This document shows, one piece after another, positions 22,503 through 34,745 of a stretch of 64,000 nucleotides of DNA (position 1 is the first letter of the stretch; each line of letters starts with the position of its first letter). The stretch comes from Blasia pusilla (taxonomy: Eukaryota): positions 28,830,001 to 28,894,000 of the forward strand of contig CM114271.1 in assembly GCA_050084515.1 (NCBI GenBank), read 5' to 3'. A model generated the notes under the pieces. That model made no database searches. It was not told the DNA's origin and saw only the letters and a list, made by a program, of their open reading frames with translations. Position numbers and translations under genes: made by a program.

Positions 22503-25083
22503 ATTGATTATCCTTGATCTAAAGAAAAAAGTTTTTTTCAGTATCTACGAGATTGATACATGTTTATAAAACGTACCCTTAAAGGTAACTAAGGGGAGGT
22601 TCCTGCACCACCCTCTCCTTTCATCGATCCCTGCATATATCACGCAGAGAGGTCGCATACACCTTATTTCTACTTGCACATGCGAGTGAATCTGAATTTC
22701 CAGTCTTCAGTGGTGAAAAAGATCCAGCGCATGGATTTCATTTCAATCCAAAGATAACGAAAAACTGCTCGTCGATCTGGGGACATTCGCTGAAGTGCTG
22801 CATGGAGTAATTGAAGGAGGCAGCTGCCCGTCGACTTTAAGATGGTATTGATTGTACCTGTCGATAAATGTCAACAATGGTAAACCACGCAAATCCAGTC
22901 ATGCAGTTGAAATCTTGACTGGCCCGCGCCCCATTCTATCGCACACATCCTTCGCTATACACACCGCCTTAAAGATCGTGAAGTTGTCAAATTCCAATTC
23001 CTCGAAGATCTTGTTGAACCAGAAATTGACAAAGTCATTGGCAAAGTCTCGGATCCCCGATCGGACGCCGTGCAGGTGAGCGTTGAACCAACCGAATCAT
23101 ATCCATCAGCCGATTGCGGTTCTTCCGCACGCTGGTTTCGGCCGACCAACCAACTGCTCTTCCTGGACTTGTATAAACGAACTACTCGACATCATCTCCG
23201 CCAAACACAACCAAACCTCCCGGACGTGAAATGAATAGACGGATGACAGAGAAACTCGAAAACAAACGACTGCGTCCTTGCAGAGTTTCTTGCATCAATA
23301 TCGATTCGAGTCGCTCGCTCTCTCCTCCCTTCCGCTTTCCACATTAGAATTCGCACAATCACGCCACTTTCGTTCGACTTCCGTATGCACGGATGAAACG
23401 AATTTGGCAGTCAGTCACTACATAAACATATAAGCGAGGGCGAGGTACCAGACCCCGCCCAGACCGTTTTCCCCAAACGTGGACTCACCTCGGGTTAGCT
23501 TAACTAGAGCTAATCGGATGAGGCATAGGAGGGAAAGGGTCCGTCTGAGCGACCGTCCCCTTCTAGACGGTGTACGAAACACACCGTCAGTTTCATAACG
23601 GTGACCATAACAGAGATCCATTTGATTCTATGAGTTTGAATCTTGCTCCTGATGGTAGCGTCACCTCAGTTATTACATTCAAAGCGTATGGCGTTCGATC
23701 CGAGCTCAGCGTTGAAGAGATTGTGAAGAGTGTCCAGGGATTATTGTTTAATCATTATCAAACAAAACTGCTAGAAATCAAATTATCAAATGGTATAGCT
23801 ATGGTATCGATTCGTACAATTTTCATCCCGTATAAAAGCATCGCCTTCGATCCGACCTCAACGTTGACCAAATGTACTATAATCTTGTCTTTAGTCAACT
23901 TTCGGACACTCATACCCTAGGATTTCGCGAAAAGGTTCAGCAATTGTTATTCTATAATTTTCTCAGGTACCTAAGAACCCGCTAGTAATCAAACTATCAA
24001 ATGACACGGCTCCGATATCGATTCGTTAGTAGATTCATCCCGTTTGGCCTTCGATTCAAACTTGACGTTCGTAGCGCACTCTCTCATCTCGATTATTTGG
24101 AATGCTGCGACGAGTATTTCCTAGAAATTCGACTAGCGCACTCTCCAATTATTATTCCCCAATTACGCTATCACACAAATCTGCGAAAAAGGTCTCAACC
24201 TTTCCAGCATCAAATGGCATGGCTATGGCATCGTTGCTGTAAGGAATGGCTTGTCGCACAACAAGGATGGAAAGCACTCAACCAGTACACGGTTTGAGAT
24301 AAGGTCTCTAATGAAGAGGGATCTACCGTACACGCCATTGGAAGCGTCGATAACTTGAAAATATTCCATGGCGTCGTCCTGTCTTGTCGGTAAATTCCCG
24401 AGGAGTTGTCTTCTTTCTAGTGAGACCTCGCAGGCATCCCATCTACACAGCCGAGGATTTAAGGTATGTCCACATCAGTATTAGATCCAATCATTAACCA
24501 TATCTGAAGTCTTGGAACATTCGTCTATGGTGGACGAAAACTGCGTGGAAATCTCGGAAGTGTTCAGTGGGTGGGGATCTCTGGATGAGAGGTATGTGGA
24601 CCTAATTCACCATAGCGTCTTCAAAATTCGAAATCGTTTAATACAGTTGGAATCCAAGGAAACTAACTTGTAACTTCTTTCAATCTGTGAGCTGATCAGG
24701 GCGCATAAGGGCTTCCGGGATAGAATCACTATTGTCAACTGGAGGGAAGGAAATTGCGGGTCTAGGGATTATGATGGATGTTGGTTCCGTAGGTCACGAC
24801 AGGAGCTAGCGAGAATGGTACGCAGTTGAGAAGGAGCTATTTGAATGCTATGAAGCTGTCATGTGCATGACGGGATACGCAACGAAAAATGTATTAATGT
24901 GTGCAGGTGGAATCCACGATGTGTTGGTGAGAGTTGGCTTGGTCGATACTCGCCAATTTCCGAAGTGAATCCAATGATCCGCTCTTGAACTTCAGAATGA
25001 TCTACTTGTGGCGTTTATGCTGTTCAGCAGTAGTTTCACCTCGTAGAGCAGTTTGTTGGACATTGGCTCATGACGGCCTCTTC

Positions 25084-28000
25084 ATGGCGAGGTGTATCCT
25101 GCAACTACGACAGGCTTCCGTCCGGTTGTTTCCTCATGGATACAAGACTTCATCAGCCCGTTTGTCAGAACAGAGCTCACCGCTCCTAAATGCACTCGGG
25201 TATCACACAACGTCTCCAGCTGTTGGTCGTGCACAGAGCTGCAACAAGTTGCAGGGAATTTACTCGCTGTGTCCGAAGGGACTTTCCGGATTAAGAGCTA
25301 TGTCCGCGAAGAGGAAACGGACAGAGGGAGAGTCCGACTATTTCGAGCAGTGGTTGGCTGCCAATCCTTTGCCAGACATGAGCAAAGGCAAAGAATTAGA
25401 GGAAACAGATTTTGAGCAATCGGGAGAATACGACATGGGCATCGGTCACTCAAAAAAATCTGAACGAAAGACTGGCAAGAGTAGTCGAGTAGAACCTGCA
25501 GTGGGGACGAGCTTTAGAAGTGGAGACTATGATGGGAATATTTCCGGCGAAAATGTTACCAATCTCATCAGGCAGGAGGATGAACGCGGATATGAACTGA
25601 AAGTGATGAGGATTGAGAGTGATCCCGGTTATACAACACGAAAGTTTTCGTGGAGAGAAACCGCAGATGTGCTATACGAATGCTTGTGCAAGTGTGATGA
25701 CCTGATATGGGATGCTGATAGAAAGAAATTTGTGGAGGTATGTGCACAATTAGATCTGGTTTCCCGTGGGGGACTCTGTCTAGAAACTCGAAACAATGCA
25801 GTTGGACGGAATTTCCTGACTACGTCTTACTGGTTCCTGGTTTCCATTCCTCTATTCCAGAAGTCTGGTGTGTTGGCTGAACGTTATTTTTGCCCAGGTG
25901 AATCCACAATCAGGACAAATGCAGATGGAGTTCATCCCTCCATTAATTCAGCCTCCCCCTCATTCGTGTTGCACACCACGCGAGTATTGTCTCTTTCTGA
26001 GCTGGTTCATAAGTGGTTGCGGTTGTTTCTCTTTCCTTTGTTTATCGAGCTTCAATAGGCTTTAGCATTTTTTATGGACTTGGGATGCAGGTGCAGTGGT
26101 CGGATATAGACTTTTTCCCTTTTCGTCCATGTCCAGGTGATTGAGAGTTGTCTTTCTATGTATTTCGCTCCTCTGACGTTTGAATTTTCGAAATTTACGA
26201 CATTTTCAATTGAGTTCTTGCTTCTTCATCGCAATTGACCGGTCTTAAGAAGTCCAAGAGAATTTATGAGATCTCAAAGATTTTCAACTGCTTTGGGGAC
26301 TCATCAATTGACCTTCTAAGTTAGGGAGGAAATCTTAGAGGCTTAAGTCAACATGCAGTTCGTTTGTAGTGCGAAGGTGTAAGAACATTGCTGGCAGAAG
26401 ATTTTGTACTTAGTGAACTGAGGAGCGAAGTCTTTGTGTCATGCAGATACTTGGAAAGTCTTCGGGGAAGCACCGAAGGAAAAGGGAAGAAACAACTTTT
26501 AGCGCTGGTTACAAGTAGTGCAGCCTCATTAGGGATTTTCCTCGATGGCTCACTTCTGCTACATAAGGTAAGCGAGTATGTAAGTTCCAGCACGTATCCT
26601 GGTTTGACAGGAAATGGTTTATTTCTTCTCCTGGCCGACCGCTATCTCGGTTCTGCGGCATGCTGTGGATGTAAGCGTTCAATCATATTTAAACAAGCTA
26701 TGTCTTCTAAGATGGAACTTCTCTCGAAAAATCCATATTCTTTTCGAATTGGTTCTGTAAGAAGGGGAAACTTAAGTACACAAACTAAAATAGCGGCTTG
26801 CACCAGGTGATAACCGCATACACAGTGCGTGCAAAGCAAGGAAAGTCACAACTGAAGTATATCAGACAAGGTGCCCCTGGTCGAATGACTGTTGGTGGTC
26901 GTCTCAGAGCTCAAGAAACTAATCGCTTCTTCAGTCGTGTTTGCAAGGTTTGTCTCTCAATGTCATTTATCCATTTCAAATCCAATCAAAGACATCGCCT
27001 TGTTATGCCATCTCTCTGCTGCAGTTTATCGTCCATCGTGACGCTCAGGGAACCCTTCGAGCAGAATTCTTCAAAGGACTGCCTAATTTCAGTGTCAGCC
27101 TGAGATCCCTCCCTTCATGTTATACTTCACTAACTCTCTGTAGTGTGAAAACCTAAGCAGCGGCAGAAATCTCGCCGCAACATAGGAATGAGAAAACCAG
27201 AACAGATTCCGACCTTTCTCTGCTCACAGTGTACGCTGAAGTAGACGACTTCAAGAACTACTTTCACGAGATTATTTCTCTGGGAACGGGACAGAGTTTA
27301 TCCCCCTGGACCACAATAGGAGTAGGGTGAGTACTCAATCAAATTTACCTACTTAAGGAAAAATTCAATCCACCCTCTGGTAACATTCAAGAAATTAACT
27401 ACAGAAAGATCAACAACTTCACTGGAATCGCTAAGTTGGTGCCACCATAGCTCTTCTCCCGGCTCAGAAGCCTAGATTCAGAGCCCAAAGCAGCTAAGCT
27501 GATTAGAAAATACATTCTTCGTGTTTGCGAAATTGCATCTGTTTTGAAGACCTTTGTGCCTGAATTCTATAGATTGCGCTCTAACACTCTAAGAGAGAAT
27601 CTCCCACCACTCTCTCAGTAGTTTTCTCACTTCTTCTCCTTTTGCGCCTATCACAGTCACAAGTAGATTCCAAACAGGCTGGTGGCTGTGGCTATGGCTG
27701 CATTACTACAAAAGCTACTACTTTAAGAGTACAGTCTATGATCTGATTGTAGGCATCGTGCTAGCGGAATGGGAGTTGATACCCTGTAGTATGAATCTCT
27801 TTCCATATCACAAAGACTGCAACCCTGTGATTCAAAGCCATGACGACCACCGCCAAATGAGGGTCTCGCATATGAAATTTGTTTGTCCGATCACTCGACT
27901 CCACAATGGATGTCTTTCCTGATGATGTGGTGAGGCCAATAGCGGATCAAACGTAATCCAAGGCAAAGAACAGATGCCATGTTGTAACGTCCTCAAATGT

Positions 28001-28620
28001 ATCAACTCAAGCTCAACGATTTCTTCATTGCAGAAGCTGCATGAGTGGAGCAAGGAGATTCAAGACTGCGACTTATTATACTTCAGTGGCACAACGCGAG
28101 TGTGGAATGAGGTCAAAACCCCCCTGATGAAATGACCTCAGTAATAGAATAACTTTTTTCTTTGCGGAAACCTTGGTTGTTTGTGGTCACAGGAGGTCTC
28201 GTTGTGTTGCTATCCCTAGACTTCCCTTGAAGGAGTTCCAACTCCTACCGTGCTTTTGTTCAGGTGTACGCGCAGGATAACCCCAAAATGCCAGTTACAA
28301 GAGATGATGGACGCTGGTGCAAGGTCCCGTACAGCGTTCCGGAGCCACGGTTGCGAGAACTTGAACGGTATGGGGTTTTCTATTTGTCTATTTTGCTTGA
28401 GCTTCCAAAGAACTTCCTTTCATATTTATCGCCATCAGAATCTAGGTTCCATCTCCTGGACGTATCTTGTCTGTAAGGTTGGTGCCCCTCCGTGTTGTGC
28501 CCATGACGCAAGCATGTAAATGATTTGGCGGTGTTCACCGGGCGCAGAGTATTCCATGGACTATGTCACGGAGAATTGGTGTATGTGGATAGCCACGACG
28601 GTGGACAGACGTCGGTGTAG
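25084..28620 (+). CDS. Stand-alone VLRF1 (Vms1/ANKZF1-like release-factor fold), Bacteroidetes-like type, 7 exons
   Basis: Phase-consistent GT-AG exons: 25084-25737, 25898-25983, 26447-26567, 26807-26947, 28034-28111, 28264-28367, 28548-28620. The protein has LLHK-VITAYTVRAKQGKSQLKY...GGRLR..ET..FF and a C-terminal D.RW.KVPY.V..P. Alternative in-frame ATG at 24997. Confidence 0.75.
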
Positions 28621-30211
28621 AAGCCAGCCTCTTGAGAGATAGCCACAGGTTAGATTTCCTAACCTAGAGTTCGCAGTAGAAAGCAAGGTGATGGAAGATT
28701 TTCGGCCAGCTGATCGCATTGTGAGCAGGTGAAAACCTGCTGAGAAGAAAGGTGCATAAATTCGAAAAGCTACATTTTTGTTGGAGGTAACAAGAAGCGA
28801 TGAGAAATGGGGGGCCATTTACCGATCCAATGAGACGGGAGAAACGGAAAGCAGATGAAATATTGTTAGAAAAACAAGACATGGAACATATGTAACAGGA
28901 CGAGACAGTTCTCGTTTCTTCATTTTTTTAATGGAGAATCCGCGAATGGGAGTGGATTCGGGGAATCGCACGAAATGAACAGATTCTTCTCTCAGAAAGA
29001 GACAGAAGCGGGAGGCGCGGTCGGGACAAGCACATTCTCCCACATGGATAGTTACCCATGTGTCTTCGCATTTACAGTACACGTAGCGTCCTAACAAAGT
29101 CTCAATGTCTCACTTTGCCTTAATCTGGGGAATCGAGCGGGAAGACTGCGACCCGATTGCTCATTTCTTGGAGGGGTTGGTCTTCCACGCGCCAGATGAT
29201 TATTCCATAATCTATGTACTAACTGGAGGATGCAGTTTTGTGAATTCCTCTGTTCGACACTCGTGAACTTACTAATCAAGGGTCGTGCATAACACGTCCC
29301 TTCGAGTCCTAACTTGTATTTTGAACAAGCCTCACAAGTCGGAGAGTACTGAAGATTTCTGCGGACTAAAGGACGTGTGAAGCAATGTCCATGGGGTAAA
29401 ATTTTAAACTTACCATTTCAGATTTTCAATTACCGGCCAAAAACCAACCAAATACATAGACTCTACTTTGTATTAGTATCTAAATAGCTCGAATCAGGCA
29501 AATTTTACGTTCCCTTTAGTACAGATCGGAAATGTACCTGTTTTCAGAAATTACAGATTGAAAATGTACCGGTTCACATGAGAACATTGATGTGAAGTCC
29601 AGGTACTCTAGGCGGCGCAGGTTGAATTAGATTTCAATGTGACGACCGACTTCGACGGTCGTCACATTTACAAATCCGGAAGCGAGACACTGTATACGAC
29701 ACTTTTCGAATTTATGCACCTTTCGGATTTGTAAATAGACCCGGAACTGCGACGCCTGTGCATTCCGCAGTTCTGCACTACCTCCGATTAATCTCATGTT
29801 CGTTTGTCGCCCTTCTTGTCACTTGCTTGGCATGACTTTGTCCTCTCCCATGAATTCACGGATGCCCAACACAAGGAATGCGAGAAGCAAGGCAGAAGGT
29901 ACAATGCCCTACCCTCCCCATGATGATAACGCAATGTACAACGTCTTTGCAAGTGAACTTCCAGGGTTTCCATTAAAGGCTCCGAAGCGAGCTTCACAAA
30001 GTCTACAGATGAGACTAGACGTAACTAGAAAGAGATGCACTATTTGCACAATATCTCTAACCATCATCGGTGATTAGATCAGCCTTTCTGAAAATAGTCA
30101 GATTTTGTGCCACCCACAATCTGAGGGGACTGGTTGTGCGCATCACTTTGGGATTTTAGCAGTATACTTGTGCGATGGGTCTATTTACAAATCCGGAAGC
30201 GAGAGCCGGAA

Positions 30212-32967
30212 TCAACTGATGAATCTTGCCTCAAACTGAGGGTCCGATAATCTACAGGCATTTGATTTTCCCAAGAAAGAGTACCGATTGTCGGCCACAG
30301 TGTCGTATACAGTGTCTCGTAGAAACCTGCGTCCATTAGAAATCAATCAGTCTGCAAATAAGCTCCCCAATCTACCTTGGACAGTACCACGCAAGTCAAC
30401 TTCATTCTACTAAAGCTAATCTCAATTCCGAAAACTTCAAGTTCAGGCTGGGGACAAGTGAAGACAGCGTCTAATGCAACAACCTCCTCTGGCTAACGAG
30501 TGAAAGAAAGGACAAAAGGTGAGACTTCTTACAAGGGAAACACATTTGCGAAGAAAGCCAGCGGGACAAATGGAAATCCCAGATATTTGGCTGTCTGTAA
30601 GACTGCCTCTGATTTTATGTACGCCCTGCAGATCACAAGCCAAATTGTTATGGACTGGAGAGATTTCTGAGCATCTGGCCGGACTCAGGAACAGTAAACT
30701 TTGTGAAGATGGTCTGATTGCTCCTGATAGCATACTTCGAATGAGAAATTCGAAATTGAAACCAATCCTCTTCAGAAAGAAATGCTTTCCTGCTACAAAA
30801 CCTACTAGCAAGAAACGCATGTGCCATGCACCGTCTCGAAGTGGTCTTGCTCATCAAGTATCGATCTCTTCACTTTTCACTACATCTTCTAAAATGTCGT
30901 GTGGTCTACTTGAAGGTTATCCGTGCGGTCTCATTTGGAAGTGCCTTCATCCCATTTGGAATTTCCTTTCTTTTTAGAATAACGTCTAGCGAGTGAGATG
31001 GAAGATGGGTCTACACCTTCTCGGCGCTCCTCTGAATAGACATCTCCAATAAGAGAAAAACCCATGGTTCCTCACTACGTCGTACAGCATGGAGTGATGA
31101 CATACAATCCATTGCACATGGTTTGCACTGCAGAGGCTTTCAGGATGAGGCGATTGATGTCAAAATCCAGATAACAACACAGAGAGTCTTCTTGCTAAGG
31201 CTTGGCCCTACAGCTACTCCTGCTCGATTGCTCTGGGGCATGAAGGCCACATACCTGTCCTTATCAACCAGTACCACAGTTGAGATGTCTTCTGGCGAGC
31301 GACCCGATCTCAATAATAAGGATCTTCCGGCATCGCTTTGTAATGCTGCAAATCTCAGCTTCCTATGGCAATTTTCACATCACCCCAGTTGAGTATTTAG
31401 ATCCCTATATGTACACCACTACTTCTCCTGACTGTCCGTCACAATTGTGCGTAGACTTCCTATCAAATTTCCACTGCAATTAGAATTAATTCCATACAGA
31501 TGAAAACCAGTCAACTATGAAGACCCTCATTCTCGCCAGAGAGGCAAGGAACATACCCTTCTGGATCGTTGTCGAGCACAAAGTTGACGGTGCCATTGCA
31601 CATATTACAAACACCTGCTTCACATTGCCAGAAGTGCATCAGGATCTGCATCCTAAGGTGTTCACGAGGGCAGGTTTCCTGAGAAATCAATGACTCGTCA
31701 AGATTTGATGGACCCAGCATTTGCAAGTAAGTATCTCGGTGCGCAGTAAGACTTCAAAACACAAAACAATCGTGCTTGTGGGGATAATCAGGAAGTTTTC
31801 GTGTTTCTTCGATTCATTTCATCATTGTCAAAAATCTTTTATGGGGCCTCATGTGGAGTTCTGATGTCCGCAGAAGTCTTCGGGAGGGCAGTAGAGGTTC
31901 TGGTCTCGTAAGAAGAATCCCGCGCATTAAAATACGAGCATGACAATGCCGACAACGAAAAATCGATATCCAGAATTCCGGACATCGTAAAATGTAAAGG
32001 AAAATTTGAGGGACCGGAGAATATGAGCCCCAGTCTAACACAACCTTCAGATTGAGTTCCATCTCTGGACCGCATTTGCAAAGTTGGTCCAATCGTCTGC
32101 TGCTCATATTGGAGAAGGTTGCTTTCAGTGCATATAGTCTTGAGGATTAAGTGGTTGAAAAATAGGCCCAGCTGCTTCCTTCTAAACCCACATCGGGATA
32201 GACAGATGTGTAACAAGAGTGCGTTAAGACGTGGACTATAGAGATTCCAATTCTTGAAATCTGCTGAAACGTAGATCCATTTTTAAACTCCGAACCTCAC
32301 ACTTAGCCTCAGCAAAGTTCTGTCTGGATTTTCCAGTCTTGATGATCTCCGCCATCGGACAACTCTGGCTCAGCTCTCACCCGACCCGTGCTAATTGACG
32401 ACTGAGACTCTCACGGAAGAAGGACCGGAACAGCCAGAAGTTCTTGATGCTCTCCACTCAAAATCGGGGTCGATGGCGTCCGACAGACGCTCGCCACACA
32501 CCAATTTCCATGCAGGGCCATCCTTCCTTCGGTGTTGCCGGTACCGGGAGCCTTCGGTCCCACACAAGACCACAGCAGTTTCTTGGAACAGGTTGTGACA
32601 GAAAAGCTCAGCGGAAAGGGTGGAGGGGGGAGGGATTCCTCGTACCGTCGTACAGAATTATGGGGCGCGAATCCGCGGTGAAGTAGGAATTCCCCTTCGC
32701 CCTGAGCTCCTCGACAGTAGGGGCGGTGTCGGTCGAAGTCGAATTCTCCCCTTCGACACCTACAGCGCGTACGACCAAACCCTCGTTCGAATTTCCGACT
32801 CCAATTCCGCCGATCCGCGAGCTTGTGACCTGGAGACCGCCCGCGCTTTTCGCAGCAGCCACGCTGCCGTTGGGAATCCGCTGTACAGAGCGAGAATCGG
32901 CCACGCGCTTGGACAGCGCAGAAGGGGAGAACACTCGCAGTTGAGCAGCCGGGAACACGTACGCCAT
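30212..32967 (-). CDS. DCC-family (DUF393) thiol-disulfide oxidoreductase, probably plastid-targeted, 5 exons
   Basis: Exons 32967-32646, 31614-31557, 31362-31255, 30625-30533, 30326-30212 give RPIILYDGVCNMCNG.VNFV, FAALQS, YIKSEAVL, RD.VYD.VA.NRY. The N-terminus is Ser/Ala/Arg-rich and transit-peptide-like. Confidence 0.9.
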
Positions 32968-34000
32968 CTCCGCCTCGACCAATCTGTCTCCCCTATGTGC
33001 ACGAGCGGACTATGGGTCCAGTCCACGCTCGACGCGACGATGGAGACCAGCTTTCCGGATGGCCAATTGTTGCGTGATCTCAGCAACGGGAGCACAGCAT
33101 TCTTCCCGGGACTCACTCGGTGCAACCGCACCTCGAATTGCGCCGACGATCGCCTACGTTCGTCGAGTGGTCGCCGCTCGGCTCTTCCGATTCTGAAAGA
33201 GTGCTTTGCGGCCACGGGATTTCGAACATGTCGCGATGTCCGCTGTTCGTTCGTCTCGATCTTCAGGTGCTTCTTTGGCTGGAAAGTGTACACGTTCGAA
33301 GTCGATATGGATTCACGGTGTTTGTGTGGGTGGTTGCTTTTTCTCTATCTGTAAATCATGATTTTTTCGTTCTTATTATAATACTGTGTGATTACATCTC
33401 AAGAGATTCTATTTTTTAGATCTAGTGGTTTGCTGGTTGAGACTCTAAGGACTTCACCCCAAGCGCATAGGGTTGCGGAGACCATAGAAGGTCGTCGAGT
33501 TGTCGGCACCCACAACTTTTGGGCGCGAAATTGGCCCAGCGTCCTCGCAACCTTATTTACGGGAGAGCCCAAAGTAACTAGTTGTGACCAATTGTTTTCC
33601 TCCGTGGACCGTTGGATAACCATTTTGGACGCAAACACTGGGTCATCGCCACCTCTACGGGTGTCAATGGGATAAGCCCCTAAAGCTTTGGGGAGTACTC
33701 ACGGTCACACGTTATTTTCACCGCTTTCAAACATATGCCAACAAGATGTCATTCATTCATACATCGCATTCGAAAATTGAAAAAATGGTGTACCAAAATA
33801 TCTAACTTTAAAAGAAAAGTACTCCAATCTCTCCCGCAATCTCTATCTCATGTCAAACCATATTCCTATTCTTAATAAGCGATTGGGATTATTCACCGTC
33901 TCATGCCAAAAAGTTTAGCATAGTTCCATCGCCTCGTGCCAAAAGATTTGACAAGGAGACAATGAACTCCAAAACTCTCTCTGTTTGGGTATACCCGGTA

Positions 34001-34745
34001 TGTCGTGTGCTTACTCTCCTTGAGCGTAAATCTTTAGTGTTGCGGAAACGTGCGTTCAGTAGGACATACTCTCAATGTTGATCTACATCCAAACACACTC
34101 ACATTAGTCTGGTCTGGGTCAATGAGTACTCTAACTCACCGAGTTCTCGACTCGGCCTCTCATCAAGCTCAACCTTCCTAATTTCTCGCTTTACAACACA
34201 AGCAAGTCTCTTGAGACTTAGGACAAATTTTTTGGTTGGTTCAGGAACCTCAAATGGCGTTTGCACGCCTAGAGGTTCCAACTATCCAATGGACCTCCAA
34301 TGAGTCCCTAATCGAGACTCACTAAAAGGAGTCGCGGATTGGAATCCAAGTGCGGCTTTCGGAATCCACTCCCTTGGATCATGTTTGGGTTTCTAGTCCC
34401 AACACCAAACTCCCGTTCCCTTCCTTGCCCTTGAGCCGCCCTTTGGCGCCCAAAGTGAGGTTTGGGTCCCAAGAATCCTTAGAAAAACTCCTCCTTACTA
34501 GAACTTCTAGAGATCACCACCCTCCCCCTAACTTTGGGGAAAAGAAGGTCGGGCCCCTCATTTTGGCCCTCGATTCAACTTCCCATACAGTCATTTCTGG
34601 CCAATATCTTAGCTTTTTTCTTTTGTGTTTGCTTTGATCTTTAGTGCGTTGAAACCGGATTTGCATAAGCTTTCCAACGCCACCTTATTTGTCTCAAACA
34701 CATATCGAGACTAAACGTTATGGTCCAAAACACAATCAAAACCCC
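34001..34745 (-). mobile_element. LTR (3' portion) of a conventional LTR-retrotransposon family, split by copy 2
   Basis: Reverse-complement similarity to the solo LTR 38285-39252 (e.g. aatctttagtgttgcggaa.cgtgcgttcagtagg); continues at 43461. The left edge is approximate. Confidence 0.7.
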
